Notes under the pieces: generated by a model
Seen by the model: only the letters and a program-made list of their open reading frames with translations
Told to the model about the DNA's origin: nothing
The model's database searches: none
Part shown: piece by piece, positions 54,594-62,989 of the stretch
Numbering within the stretch: the stretch's first letter is position 1
Layout: each line of letters starts with the position of its first letter
Assembly: GCA_938017575.1 (NCBI GenBank)
Contig: CALIJC010000009.1
Location: 1 to 62,989, forward strand
Reading direction: 5' to 3'
From: an uncultured Patescibacteria group bacterium
GTDB taxonomy: Bacteria; Patescibacteriota; JACMRA01
Length of the DNA stretch: 62,989 bases
Position numbers and translations under genes: made by a program

Positions 54594-56735
54594 ATGGCAA
54601 AAAAAACAATCGCAGAAACTCTGAAAAATAGTAATAAAAACGAGCCAGGTGTCAAAAAATCATCTGCAAACAGAAAAAGGCTAACAATTGGTTCAGCCAA
54701 AAAAAATCGTGCCAAAATTCCAAAAATCACCAAGATTTTCAAAAAGAAACCTACCGAAGTTAACAAAGAAAAATCCAAAGAAGCGCTGGAAACAGTAAAA
54801 ACTCGCCGAGCCATTAAAAAAGCTAATCCCAACGAATTAGTTACTCGTAAAGGTATTTTGGGGCTGAATTTGACCAGTACTGCTGATGCTAACAGAAAAA
54901 AAGCCTTGGCTGATGATTCAATCGAACAACGTGGTTCACGTCGTTACCGTGTAACCGAAGATGGTGTCAAAGTAAAGATGAAGAAGATTACCAAAAAAAG
55001 GACTTCTAAATCCAAAAAAAGAACCCTCAAAAAGTTCATTGAAAACGACGACGCTTTATACCCAGAGTTCCAAAAACAACCAGAAAAGTTCAAAAAGAAT
55101 GTTATCGAGGTTATTAAACAAGGTGTAACTCGTGGTTTCGTCACCGAAGATGAGCTATTGTATCTAATCCCAAATCCTGAAAATAATATTGAACTGGTCG
55201 AAGACATTATGGATCTTTGTGAGGACAGCGGTTCTCCAGTCAAATTCGATAGTACTTTGGATACTCTGTGGGATGCTCTGCAAAATGAAGAAGAAGTCAA
55301 AAAACGTGAAATCGAACTAGCTTCCAAATTAAAAAACTCTCTCGCAGGTGATGTTTCTGGGTCAGATCTCAAAGATGATGCTGTTCAAAACTACATTCGT
55401 GATATTTCTAGGTATCCTTTGCTAGCCAAAGAAGAAGAGGTTGAACTAGCCAAAAGGATTGAACAAGGGGATCAAGCAGCTAAATTAACACTTTGTAATT
55501 CCAACCTTCGTTTGATTGTTCACTCCGCTAAAAAATACATGGGTCGAAACCTAGCGTTTTTAGATTTGATTCAAGAAGGTAATATTGGTTTACTCCGTGC
55601 AGTTGAAAAATTCGATTGGAGACGTGGTTATAAATTCTCAACCTACGCCAGCTATTGGATTGACCAAAGTATCCGCCGCGCCTTGGCTGATCAATCTCGT
55701 CCAATTAGACTACCTGTTCACGTTGAAGAAAAACTAAACAGGTTCAAAAAAGAAAAAAGAGCTTTGGTTGATTCACTAGGTAGAGAACCAAGCGACGAAG
55801 AAATAGCAGAGAAATTGGAGGTAGATATTGACACAGTCTATTATTTCAAGAGGATCTCTCAGGATACAGTTTCTATCGATACAATGGTCGGGCACAGCGA
55901 AGATAGTGATACCCAAGTTGTTGAAACTATCGAAGACAACCGAACAGCCCCTCCTATTGATGTAGCAAGTAATAAAATCTTGCGTGATTACATGATGGAG
56001 ATCGTTGATGATTGTCTAGAGCCACGTGAAAAAAAGGTTATCTTGCTTCGTTTTGGTTTGGACGGTACTGGAGTAGCTCATACATTAGAGGAAATTGGAG
56101 AAGTTTTCCAAGTAACACGTGAGCGTGTTAGACAGATTGAAGAGGTTGCCTTGAATAAAATCAGACAACACCCAAGTAGCTATAAATTGGTAGATTTCTT
56201 GGAAGGTATTCATCCACAAACATTTGCACCAAGTAGCTACAAGAAAGAAAACGAGGTTGAGCTGGATATTCAATTCAACAAAAAAATTGACCTGGAAAAA
56301 GTCGTGGCTACTATTGTTGAGCAAATCAATACAAATAAATGTAGTTTGTATTTCCTTCGTGGAGATATGGGGGTAGGTAAAACTACAATCGTTCAAAATG
56401 TCTGCAAAAAAATCAGCACTATCGAAGAAGCAACTAGCCCAACTTATGCGTTAATGCAAAAATATAAACTTAGCAGCGGAAGCAGTGCCAGAAATACTGG
56501 TAATTTCGAAGAAGTTGTTCACATGGATTTACATAGATTGAAACAATTATCTCAAGAAGATCTAGGCTGGATAGAAGAAGAATTAATCAATACAAACAAT
56601 GTGATTTTTGTGGAATGGCCAGAAAAACTACTCAAAAAACAACATTTAATTCAGTTCCTTGGTAGAAAATTCCTAATAATTGAATGTAAGATTGGTAAAA
56701 AAGGAGATCATTATTTCAGAATCAAAGAGAATTAA
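54594..56735 (+). CDS. rpoD: RNA polymerase sigma-70 (RpoD-type) fused in frame to a C-terminal TsaE (YjeE) P-loop ATPase domain
   Basis: Lys-rich N-terminus. Region 2: DLIQEGNIGLLRAVEKFDWRRGYKFSTYASYWIDQSIRRA. Region 4.2: TLEEIGEVFQVTRERVRQIE. From about 56259: LYFLRGDMGVGKTT...ATSPTYALMQKY...HMDLHRL...FVEWPE, which is the TsaE signature. A single uninterrupted 713-codon ORF. Confidence 0.9.
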   Translation: MAKKTIAETLKNSNKNEPGVKKSSANRKRLTIGSAKKNRAKIPKITKIFKKKPTEVNKEKSKEALETVKTRRAIKKANPNELVTRKGILGLNLTSTADANRKKALADDSIEQRGSRRYRVTEDGVKVKMKKITKKRTSKSKKRTLKKFIENDDALYPEFQKQPEKFKKNVIEVIKQGVTRGFVTEDELLYLIPNPENNIELVEDIMDLCEDSGSPVKFDSTLDTLWDALQNEEEVKKREIELASKLKNSLAGDVSGSDLKDDAVQNYIRDISRYPLLAKEEEVELAKRIEQGDQAAKLTLCNSNLRLIVHSAKKYMGRNLAFLDLIQEGNIGLLRAVEKFDWRRGYKFSTYASYWIDQSIRRALADQSRPIRLPVHVEEKLNRFKKEKRALVDSLGREPSDEEIAEKLEVDIDTVYYFKRISQDTVSIDTMVGHSEDSDTQVVETIEDNRTAPPIDVASNKILRDYMMEIVDDCLEPREKKVILLRFGLDGTGVAHTLEEIGEVFQVTRERVRQIEEVALNKIRQHPSSYKLVDFLEGIHPQTFAPSSYKKENEVELDIQFNKKIDLEKVVATIVEQINTNKCSLYFLRGDMGVGKTTIVQNVCKKISTIEEATSPTYALMQKYKLSSGSSARNTGNFEEVVHMDLHRLKQLSQEDLGWIEEELINTNNVIFVEWPEKLLKKQHLIQFLGRKFLIIECKIGKKGDHYFRIKEN

Positions 56736-56757
56736 ATTCAATCATCGCAAAAATATT

Positions 56758-56781
56758 CCCCCAAACAAATGGGGGTTTTAT
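56758..56781. terminator. Hairpin terminator between convergent genes
   Basis: ccccc aaacaaat ggggg followed by tttta. Confidence 0.7.
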
Positions 56782-56801
56782 ATTGTCAGGGTTTGTGTTT
56801 A

Positions 56802-57236
56802 TTAACATTCTTCTGTGGAAACATATGTAGATCTAACCAGTACTGAATAGGCAGTGATTAGACTTTCTTGTAGCCAAGGGCAATAATTTACAAACCTATC
56901 AAACCTTTCAGGGTTCAAAATAGTTTCAATAATAGTTTTGTTGATCTCTACGTTGCCAGAGTTTTTCTTCCAGTGGATAGCCACAGCTAATATATTTATA
57001 TACCACCTGAGAGTTTGTTCAGATTCCAACTGAGTATAAATACTACTAGGTCGAAATACAAAACCATCCAAAAGAATTATATTAAATTCATTCCAAGTGT
57101 CTTCGAGTTCTCTGCGAATTCCAGGGTATTGTTCATCAATTGCTCCAATAAAACAGCCATAAGCCAATCCCAGGCTATTCGTGCTAATTCTGGAATTGGG
57201 TGTAATTACTAGTCGTACAAATGGTCTATTCTCCAC
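56802..57236 (-). CDS. Hypothetical protein (144 aa)
   Basis: GTG start. Candidate promoter TTGACC-N17-TTATAC at 57269-57297. No recognisable motif. Confidence 0.5.
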   Translation of the reverse strand: MENRPFVRLVITPNSRISTNSLGLAYGCFIGAIDEQYPGIRRELEDTWNEFNIILLDGFVFRPSSIYTQLESEQTLRWYINILAVAIHWKKNSGNVEINKTIIETILNPERFDRFVNYCPWLQESLITAYSVLVRSTYVSTEEC

Positions 57237-57506
57237 GTTTTGATAACCTTAAAACAGATTAATAGGGAGTATAAGCAGAAAATATTGCATTGGTCAAGGT
57301 GGTGCTTAATTTGACATAACCTTTTTTATAAGATAGATATGAACCTGTTCAAAATCTTTTTTGTTAAATTTATCCATATCCCTAAACAACCTTTGATTTC
57401 CTAAAAATTTGACATTGTAGCTAATACTACAACTTACAAATTATTTAGAAAATACAGGTATATTTATCAATATGCCTAAAGTTAAAAAAGATTTTGGACA
57501 GGTTCC

Positions 57507-57902
57507 TTGAACAGCAAGACAAAATTAATAGTTGGAGAAATAGGAAAAAAAATTATGTGGGTCTTTTTCACATTTTTAGGTTCATTTATTACTACTTTAA
57601 TGGTAGTTAGAAAGTTCTATATAAAAAGAATTAGACAATTTATAGTCAATAAAATTGATTTGAATAGTCGACATGTAATACTTCAAAGGCATAGCTGGGC
57701 AAATCTTTTTTTTGCCATATGTCTTCTCTCTTTGGTATTCATGCTCTTTACCCTGTTTATACCTGAAGTATTATTAACAATACCAGGTGTGAATTTTCTA
57801 CTCACCCCATATTTAGTCAGTTTCTTTTTAGCGGTTTTTCTGGCAACGATTATTTCTTCTTTTTGCATCAAACCAGGGAGTATCTTCACCTTGGAAGATT
57901 AA
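57507..57902 (+). CDS. Membrane protein (hypothetical)
   Basis: About 3 TM helices. The start is uncertain: TTG at 57507 or ATG at 57555. Confidence 0.4.
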   Translation: MNSKTKLIVGEIGKKIMWVFFTFLGSFITTLMVVRKFYIKRIRQFIVNKIDLNSRHVILQRHSWANLFFAICLLSLVFMLFTLFIPEVLLTIPGVNFLLTPYLVSFFLAVFLATIISSFCIKPGSIFTLED

Positions 57903-58126
57903 AACTAGGCTAGTTAGCCCTTTATTTCCAGTCAAAGTATTATCTTTGGCTGGTTTTCTTGACCAAATTTTCTTTATAGCTATAAAAGAAATAGTTATTC
58001 AACGGGTTCATTAGATTTTGACAAGAATAATATTATTACCAATTGATGAATAGTCTGGTTTATCTAGTTAATTAATAAACTTTCAAGCCGGCAAAAAATG
58101 CAATCAATTAACTCGAGGTAAAGATT

Positions 58127-58528
58127 ATGATTACCTTAGATAGATGGCTTTCAGTTATTTCATTTATTCTTTCGTTTTTAGCTCTCAGTTGTTTCTATAG
58201 TAGGTACCTTTCTCAAACAAATCAGATTCAAAATGACATAGAATCTAGAAAAAATGATATCTGTCTCTTGGATCCTAAACCAATTGAAAGATTGTTGTTC
58301 GTCAAAGACAAATTCAATCGCTTTTTGCCATGGATAGTGAGTCTTGGATTTCTCTTAGCAACAAATATAGACATAAGTATTGAATTACTGATTATCTGTT
58401 CAGGTGTTTACGCTGGTTTGGCCACCAGATACGCTATTTCAGTATTCAAAGTAAAATCATCAGTAAGGTTTTTTGAAAGCCTAGCTAATAACAATATGGT
58501 TACCTTTGTGAATACTTATCATGTTTAG
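58127..58528 (+). CDS. Membrane protein (hypothetical)
   Basis: ATG after gaggt. About 3 TM helices. Confidence 0.45.
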   Translation: MITLDRWLSVISFILSFLALSCFYSRYLSQTNQIQNDIESRKNDICLLDPKPIERLLFVKDKFNRFLPWIVSLGFLLATNIDISIELLIICSGVYAGLATRYAISVFKVKSSVRFFESLANNNMVTFVNTYHV

Positions 58529-58599
58529 GTGAGACAGAGAGTGAAATATGTCTTGGACAGGTGTTTCTATGCTGCAGATCAATATACTGCGGCAATTTT

Positions 58600-59988
58600 T
58601 TAGAATTTTAACCAGTCTGCCAAAGTTTTTCTTTTTGGAAAATGTAAAATATTAAAGTCTTCCATGATAATTTGACTATTTCTGACTCCATGTTTTTTTA
58701 AATCGTTAATTAGCCCATCACACATTACCCTAGGTCCACACATAAAGAACAATTTGTCCTTGGAATTTCCAGTTTTACCAATAATATAATCTGCTGTTAT
58801 ATACCCATTTTTATTGCTCTCGTACAGTTCATAACTACAATCAGAGTGGGTAACATTATTTTCATATTTGTTTTTGATCGCAATTTTTTGCATATCATTA
58901 TCAAAGCTCCCTTCAAGTGATTCTCCTACGACATAAAAAACGTCCACAGCTGGTTTGAAATCGCTATTTGCTAGTTTGTAGTCCCACATTCCCAAAAACG
59001 GTGTAATTCCAATTCCTCCACCAACAAACACACAGTCTTTATTTGAATTAACGAACTTATCTCCAAATTTACCGTAAGGGCCATATAATATAGCTCGGTT
59101 TCCAATTTCTAAATCAACCAAGGTTTCAGTATAATCTCCAAGCTGTTTGATTCCAAATTTTACTTGCCCATCTTTTTGTGGTGAATAGCTAATTGAATAG
59201 GGATGAGCCTCTCTGGAGATTTTTTTGTTGCAAAAGCTAATATAGGCAAACTGACCAGGGTGATAATCCATAATCTTGTTTTCTGGGGTCATTGTTAGTT
59301 CCAAGCTTTTGTCGACAACTTCAATATCACTAATTCGATAGTTAAACCTAGGTCCAAAGAATTTATACAAAATCTGAATATAAATCAGAGAATAAATTGT
59401 AAAAATAAACACGCCATAAATCCAAAAAGATAATAGTGGATAAGTTGCAACGTCTTGGTTTACAATCAAAACATGAAATATTGCCAAAACCAAAACTAGT
59501 CCAAAAAGCTCGTGAGATTTCTTCCAAATATGATAGGGGATCTTTATGTAGACCGATAAAGCTATCAGAATCGTCATCAAAGAAATCGCCAAAATTCCAA
59601 CATTATGACCTAAATTGTATGTGGAGTTTTCGATTGAGAGAAACCAAAAATTCCGTATAAACAGTTCAATGCTGGGTAGTTTATTCACCGCCAAAAATAT
59701 AGGGTGAATCAATATTAATAAAAATGCAGTCTTCCCAATTTTTTTGTGAGCTTGGTATACTCTGTCCAGCCCTCCAAACCAATTCTCGACGAATCGAAAC
59801 CTGGCTGATAAAATCACAGACCAGCACATTAAAATTACAGCAGATAAAGAAGCAGCTTTGGCTATATATTTAGGCCATGTCATTTCAAATACATCTTGAA
59901 AATATATTTTGGAACCGATCCAGATTGCCAGTGTTAGAAATACTGTTGCGGCTACAATTTTGAGGCCTTTATTCATTCTTTTTTCCAT
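58600..59988 (-). CDS. NOX/FRE-like flavocytochrome (ferric-reductase transmembrane domain + FAD/NAD(P)H dehydrogenase domain)
   Basis: Two His pairs in TM helices with NOX-type spacing: AHKKIGKTAFLLILIH, where the partner His is the 14th residue after the first, and SHELFGLVLVLAIFH, where it is the 13th. FAD motif HPYSIS, NAD(P)H motif GGGIGITPF, and MCGP. I prefer the ATG at 59988 (MEKRMNKG), 13 nt after the upstream stop. Confidence 0.8.
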   Translation of the reverse strand: MEKRMNKGLKIVAATVFLTLAIWIGSKIYFQDVFEMTWPKYIAKAASLSAVILMCWSVILSARFRFVENWFGGLDRVYQAHKKIGKTAFLLILIHPIFLAVNKLPSIELFIRNFWFLSIENSTYNLGHNVGILAISLMTILIALSVYIKIPYHIWKKSHELFGLVLVLAIFHVLIVNQDVATYPLLSFWIYGVFIFTIYSLIYIQILYKFFGPRFNYRISDIEVVDKSLELTMTPENKIMDYHPGQFAYISFCNKKISREAHPYSISYSPQKDGQVKFGIKQLGDYTETLVDLEIGNRAILYGPYGKFGDKFVNSNKDCVFVGGGIGITPFLGMWDYKLANSDFKPAVDVFYVVGESLEGSFDNDMQKIAIKNKYENNVTHSDCSYELYESNKNGYITADYIIGKTGNSKDKLFFMCGPRVMCDGLINDLKKHGVRNSQIIMEDFNILHFPKRKTLADWLKF

Positions 59989-60001
59989 AAAACTATTATT
60001 A

Positions 60002-61180
60002 CTAATGATGGTGTGAATGTCCATGGCTATTGTCTACTGCCAGTTCTTTTTCACTAAATTTATGATTTGCAAAAACCATTGCAGCCAAAAAACTACTAAT
60101 TGGAACAGAGATAACTAGAGCTGATGATCCAACCAGAATCTGAATTATTTCCTGGGTCAGAATTTCTGTGTTTAGGGTGAGCCAAAATGGCTGGAAATCA
60201 TTATTCACAAAAGCCAGTAAAAGAGGTAGAGAAGAACCAACATAAGCAAATGCTAGGGTGTTCACCAGAGAGGCAATATGTTCTTTTCCAACCACGATAG
60301 ATCTAGAATAAAGTTCTGTTAATCCAAATTTCTCATTGGCTTTTTTGAGCTGTTCAACCACAGCAGCCTGAGCCGTAGTTATATCATCTAAAACACCTAG
60401 GGCACTAATTAAAATCCCACCCAAAAACAAAGCCTTTAAATTAATCTCTCCTCCTCCGCTAAACTGCAAGGCCTGAGCTTCTTCGGTTCCTCCACCAGAG
60501 ATTTTAGCGACATTTGTAAATATAACTGCGATGATGGCTGCAATAATCAAGGTAATATAACTACTAAGTAAAGCAGTGTGAGTTCGACGATTAAAACCAT
60601 GAGCTAAATAGAATGAAATTATCCCAGCTAGTGCTACAGTAACCACTGCCACAAAAATCGGGTTAACTCCGTTATAAATCTGCGGTACCATGTAAAACAC
60701 AATAACCAAAATACTAGCCATAAGTCCCAGAATCGAGAAAAATCCCTTGCGCCGTGCCAACAAAATAACCATCAATAGAAATACCCCAAAAATAAATATA
60801 ATAGCGTTTAGTCTGTATCTATCTACATAAAAAAATGTATCTTCTTCCGGATAAAACCCGACAACTATTGTCTCTCCTTCTTCTAATTTATTTTGATTTC
60901 CATTCCTAACCAAAGTGTTTACAGCCACATCGACTTCTCGCTCCTTGTTTTCACCCTCTAAAATTTTTACAGTTGCAATCTGGCTCTCACCTCCAAAAAA
61001 CAGTCCATCTGCTATTTCTTCGCTAGCCTTGTCGTCAACTTCGATTACTCTAGCTTTGATATAATCAGCCTTCTGCGGCTCTGTATCTTGGTTTTCTTGG
61101 GCAATTGTAGGAATGACAAAAGAGAAAACCATCGACAATAAAAATAAGCCAAAAAATAATTTGGTAATAATTCTTTTCAT
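60002..61180 (-). CDS. YibE/F-like multi-TM protein with C-terminal His-rich tail
   Basis: Signal peptide, N-terminal extracytoplasmic domain, about 7 TM helices. Ends ..NSHGHSHHH. ATG at 61180 (MKRIITKLFF). Confidence 0.7.
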   Translation of the reverse strand: MKRIITKLFFGLFLLSMVFSFVIPTIAQENQDTEPQKADYIKARVIEVDDKASEEIADGLFFGGESQIATVKILEGENKEREVDVAVNTLVRNGNQNKLEEGETIVVGFYPEEDTFFYVDRYRLNAIIFIFGVFLLMVILLARRKGFFSILGLMASILVIVFYMVPQIYNGVNPIFVAVVTVALAGIISFYLAHGFNRRTHTALLSSYITLIIAAIIAVIFTNVAKISGGGTEEAQALQFSGGGEINLKALFLGGILISALGVLDDITTAQAAVVEQLKKANEKFGLTELYSRSIVVGKEHIASLVNTLAFAYVGSSLPLLLAFVNNDFQPFWLTLNTEILTQEIIQILVGSSALVISVPISSFLAAMVFANHKFSEKELAVDNSHGHSHHH

Positions 61181-61186
61181 AAACAA

Positions 61187-61215
61187 TTTTTATCATGTCT
61201 GGTGTTTTCAGTCAA
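61187..61215 (-). promoter_or_regulatory. Promoter TTGACT-N17-TAAAAA, -10 box 6 nt from the ATG
   Basis: The reverse complement reads TTGACT gaaaacaccagacatga TAAAAA ttgttt ATG. Confidence 0.5.
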
Positions 61216-61254
61216 CAACCATTCTCCTCAAATTTGTAGAATTATCTTCCGTTC

Positions 61255-61562
61255 CAATTGCCCTCTGCCCATGAGAATCTTAGTGATTATTAGAAATCGA
61301 CCCTGATTTCTAATAATTGCGTTAATAGATTTTCATTTAAGAGCAGTTTTACCTATACTTTTGCTGCCAAAAGTATAATGAGGTGGAGCATTAAAATTAT
61401 ATTAAATTGTGAAGGGTATTTTCAGAAAACATCTTCCTTTCATTACTTTTTGTAAAAAAAGTAACACAAAATCACACCTAGAGTAACTTTTCTTAACGCT
61501 ATTTTTCAAAGCCAGAGTCGTCTCTGCAAAATAACTAAAAAGTTACAAAGTGGTGGGCAACT
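61255..61562. mobile_element. MITE-like element, full copy (about 305 bp), opposite orientation to the 7139 and 48556 copies
   Basis: The type-1 arm starts at 61260: gccctctgcccatgagaatcttagtgattattagaaatCGACCCTGatttctaataattgcgttaatag. The inverted type-2 arm ends caaagtggtgggcaa at 61560. Confidence 0.65.
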
Positions 61563-61720
61563 AGCAAAAACTTATCTATCATCAATTCCCAAATTAGAAA
61601 CTTTACGTCAAGAAATTTTCATTTAGTAAATTGATACTCAGGTTATCAATTTACGGTTTTGTAATACTTTTGCTATCAAAAGTATTAAAAGAAATAGTGT
61701 TTATTTAATAGATTCAAACC
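61563..61720. repeat. Additional repeat-family modules adjoining the MITE-like copy
   Basis: Contains aagaaattttcatttag, a hairpin aattgatactcaggttatcaatt, and the perfect palindrome aatacttttgctatcaaaagtatt, identical to the one inside the 48556-48903 copy. Confidence 0.5.
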
Positions 61721-61754
61721 AATAAACTAGACCCACTTTGAAAAAAGTGGGTCT
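61718..61754 (-). terminator. Candidate minus-strand terminator
   Basis: agacccac (61729-61736) pairs with gtgggtct (61747-61754). The trailing sequence on the minus strand is only moderately T-rich. Confidence 0.45.
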
Positions 61755-61761
61755 GTAAGTT

Positions 61762-62094
61762 TCATTCATAATTTTGTTGAGATTCAATCTCAGATTTAGC
61801 TTGATCTGCAGCTCCTTGTTGTTTTTCAAAACTAATCCCATTACCTATTAACAGTAAACTCAATTTTGCATCTAATTGAGCTAGCATGATTTGGTTCTGA
61901 AAAGTTATATTTCTTATTTCAGATCTTTGTAAACCTGCATCTTTTTGAGATTCTCTAAAAATTACCAGCATTATACCTAAAACCGCCACAAAAATGGTCA
62001 ACATACCAATCATTGCTGTTATGAATTCACCAACAGATATATAATTAGTATTGTTATTACCATACAAACTTGCAAAAATGTCAAGATTTGTCAT
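61762..62094 (-). CDS. Single-TM hypothetical protein
   Basis: 110 aa, one central hydrophobic helix, ATG start. Confidence 0.45.
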   Translation of the reverse strand: MTNLDIFASLYGNNNTNYISVGEFITAMIGMLTIFVAVLGIMLVIFRESQKDAGLQRSEIRNITFQNQIMLAQLDAKLSLLLIGNGISFEKQQGAADQAKSEIESQQNYE

Positions 62095-62196
62095 ATTATT
62101 TTACTCTGAAACTTATACTAATCATATCATATAAATATGAAAAAGTCAAAAATATCTACCTGTACAAGAATCTCTATTTGTGCTTGATTTACTATA

Positions 62197-62989
62197 ATGA
62201 AAAATATCTGGCAGGATTTACAAAAACCTTTTTTTATCTTGGCTCCAATGGAGGATGTCACAGATAGTGTTTTTCGCCGTGTTATCGCCAGTGCTGGCAA
62301 ACCAGATTTATTCTTTACGGAATTTACATCAGTTGAAGGTATCCAGTCAGTCGGGCAGGCCAAGGTTATTCACAGACTCAAATACACTGAAAAAGAAAGA
62401 CCTTTGATTGCCCAAATATGGGGGAAAACTCCGCAAAACTACTATGATACTGCCAAGTTAATTACTGAATTAGGATTTGATGGAATTGATATAAATATGG
62501 GCTGTCCTGTTAAGGCTGTTATCAAACAAGGTTGCTGTTCGGCTTTGATTAATAACCATGAATTAGCCAGAGAAGTAATCGAGGCAACCCAAAAAGGTGT
62601 TGCTGGAAAAATCCCAGTTAGTGTAAAAACTCGAATTGGTTTCAATAAAATTCAAACAGAGGAGTGGTTTACATTTTTATTACAAAAAAATTTAGCAGCA
62701 ATTGGAGTTCATGGGAGAACAGTCAAAGAAAAATCCCTGGTTCCTTGTCACTGGGATGAGATTGGCAAGGTGGTGAAACTAAAAAATCAAATCAATCCAG
62801 AAACGATTATTTACGGCAACGGAGACATAAACTCTTTATACGAAGCCCAAAAATATGCAGATAAATACGACCTGGATGGGATAATGATAGGTCGGGGAGT
62901 ATTTCATAATCCTTGGTTGTTTAACCCTAATATTAACATTGAAAATATTACAATCAACCAAAAAATTGATTTATTGAAATACCATCTAC
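62197..62989 (+). CDS. dus: tRNA-dihydrouridine synthase (3' end outside the window)
   Basis: Not in the ORF track because no stop occurs before the window edge. My translation from the ATG at 62197: MKNIWQDLQKPFFILAPMEDVTDSVFRRVIA...FDGIDINMGCPVKAV...VSVKTRIG...IMIGRGVFHNPWLF. Confidence 0.9.
   Translation, partial: MKNIWQDLQKPFFILAPMEDVTDSVFRRVIASAGKPDLFFTEFTSVEGIQSVGQAKVIHRLKYTEKERPLIAQIWGKTPQNYYDTAKLITELGFDGIDINMGCPVKAVIKQGCCSALINNHELAREVIEATQKGVAGKIPVSVKTRIGFNKIQTEEWFTFLLQKNLAAIGVHGRTVKEKSLVPCHWDEIGKVVKLKNQINPETIIYGNGDINSLYEAQKYADKYDLDGIMIGRGVFHNPWLFNPNINIENITINQKIDLLKYHL

Noticed and set aside
54581-56396. Antisense ORFs within the rpoD-tsaE gene (54581..54832, 54944..55372, 56085..56396)
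   Set aside because: They lie opposite a strongly supported gene and are products of Lys-codon-rich (AAA/TTT) sequence.
62070-62645. ORFs 62070..62267(+), 62127..62363(-) and 62442..62645(-)
   Set aside because: They are out of frame with, or antisense to, the clear dus reading frame that starts at 62197 and runs off the window.
1-62989. Alternative genetic code (UGA recoding, as in some CPR lineages)
   Set aside because: All long conserved genes (purL, gyrA, rnj, der, rpoD, pyrG) are uninterrupted under the standard code.

Overview
AT-rich, gene-dense window from a small-genome bacterium. The content resembles Candidate Phyla Radiation/Patescibacteria: TrbC/VirB2-like 'T4SS pilin' proteins, many small membrane and secreted hypotheticals, and fused or truncated housekeeping genes. 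That lineage call is an inference, not proven. The standard genetic code fits, because the long ORFs are intact. I found no rRNA, CRISPR array, cas, transposase, integrase or recognisable phage genes.

Confident housekeeping calls:
- Nucleotide and central metabolism: pyrG, single-chain purL, pgi.
- tRNA modification: miaA, tsaD, and a 5' partial dus at the right edge that is not in the ORF track.
- Translation and RNA: tuf, rpmH-rnpA followed directly by tRNA-Phe(GAA), RNase J, an ABC-F ATPase.
- Regulation, replication and stress: a Rel/SpoT homologue, gyrA, an ArsC/YffB-like protein, a UmuD-like S24 peptidase.
- Envelope and membrane: cyclophilin PPIase, rhomboid protease, MurD-like and MraY-like enzymes, three TVP38/DedA-like proteins, DUF2207, DUF1697, BI-1.

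I did not recognise a classical multi-gene defence or mobile system. The observations most worth a second look are:
1. Unusual gene architectures: a continuous sigma-70 (RpoD)-TsaE fusion ORF, a Der/EngA GTPase with a roughly 200-aa insertion carrying a HAD-like domain between its two G domains, and a 304-aa stand-alone AlaRS catalytic core.
2. Two intergenic transcription units bounded by a promoter and a terminator, with no credible ORF. One is about 270 nt, structured and GC-enriched, upstream of der. The other is about 130 nt, on the + strand between two minus-strand genes.
3. A dispersed MITE-like repeat family with imperfect terminal inverted repeats of about 85 bp, each carrying a hairpin with a CGACCCTG loop. 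There are three full copies plus fragments, and copies bracket gyrA. A second family of GTCAT...GGATYC hairpins also occurs.
4. Visibly GC-richer islands encoding Shine-Dalgarno-led secreted proteins.
5. Five T4SS-pilin-like domains in three genes, including a triplicated one, wedged between murD-like and mraY-like genes.
6. A NOX-like bis-heme flavocytochrome in an apparent operon with a His-tailed YibE/F-like membrane protein.
7. Several tandem paralogue pairs of unknown function.
8. A recurrent promoter geometry (TTGACN-N17/18-(-10)-6 to 9 nt-ATG) that implies many leaderless mRNAs.

All coordinates were hand-derived from the sequence. Promoter, terminator and RNA ends are approximate to within a few nt.
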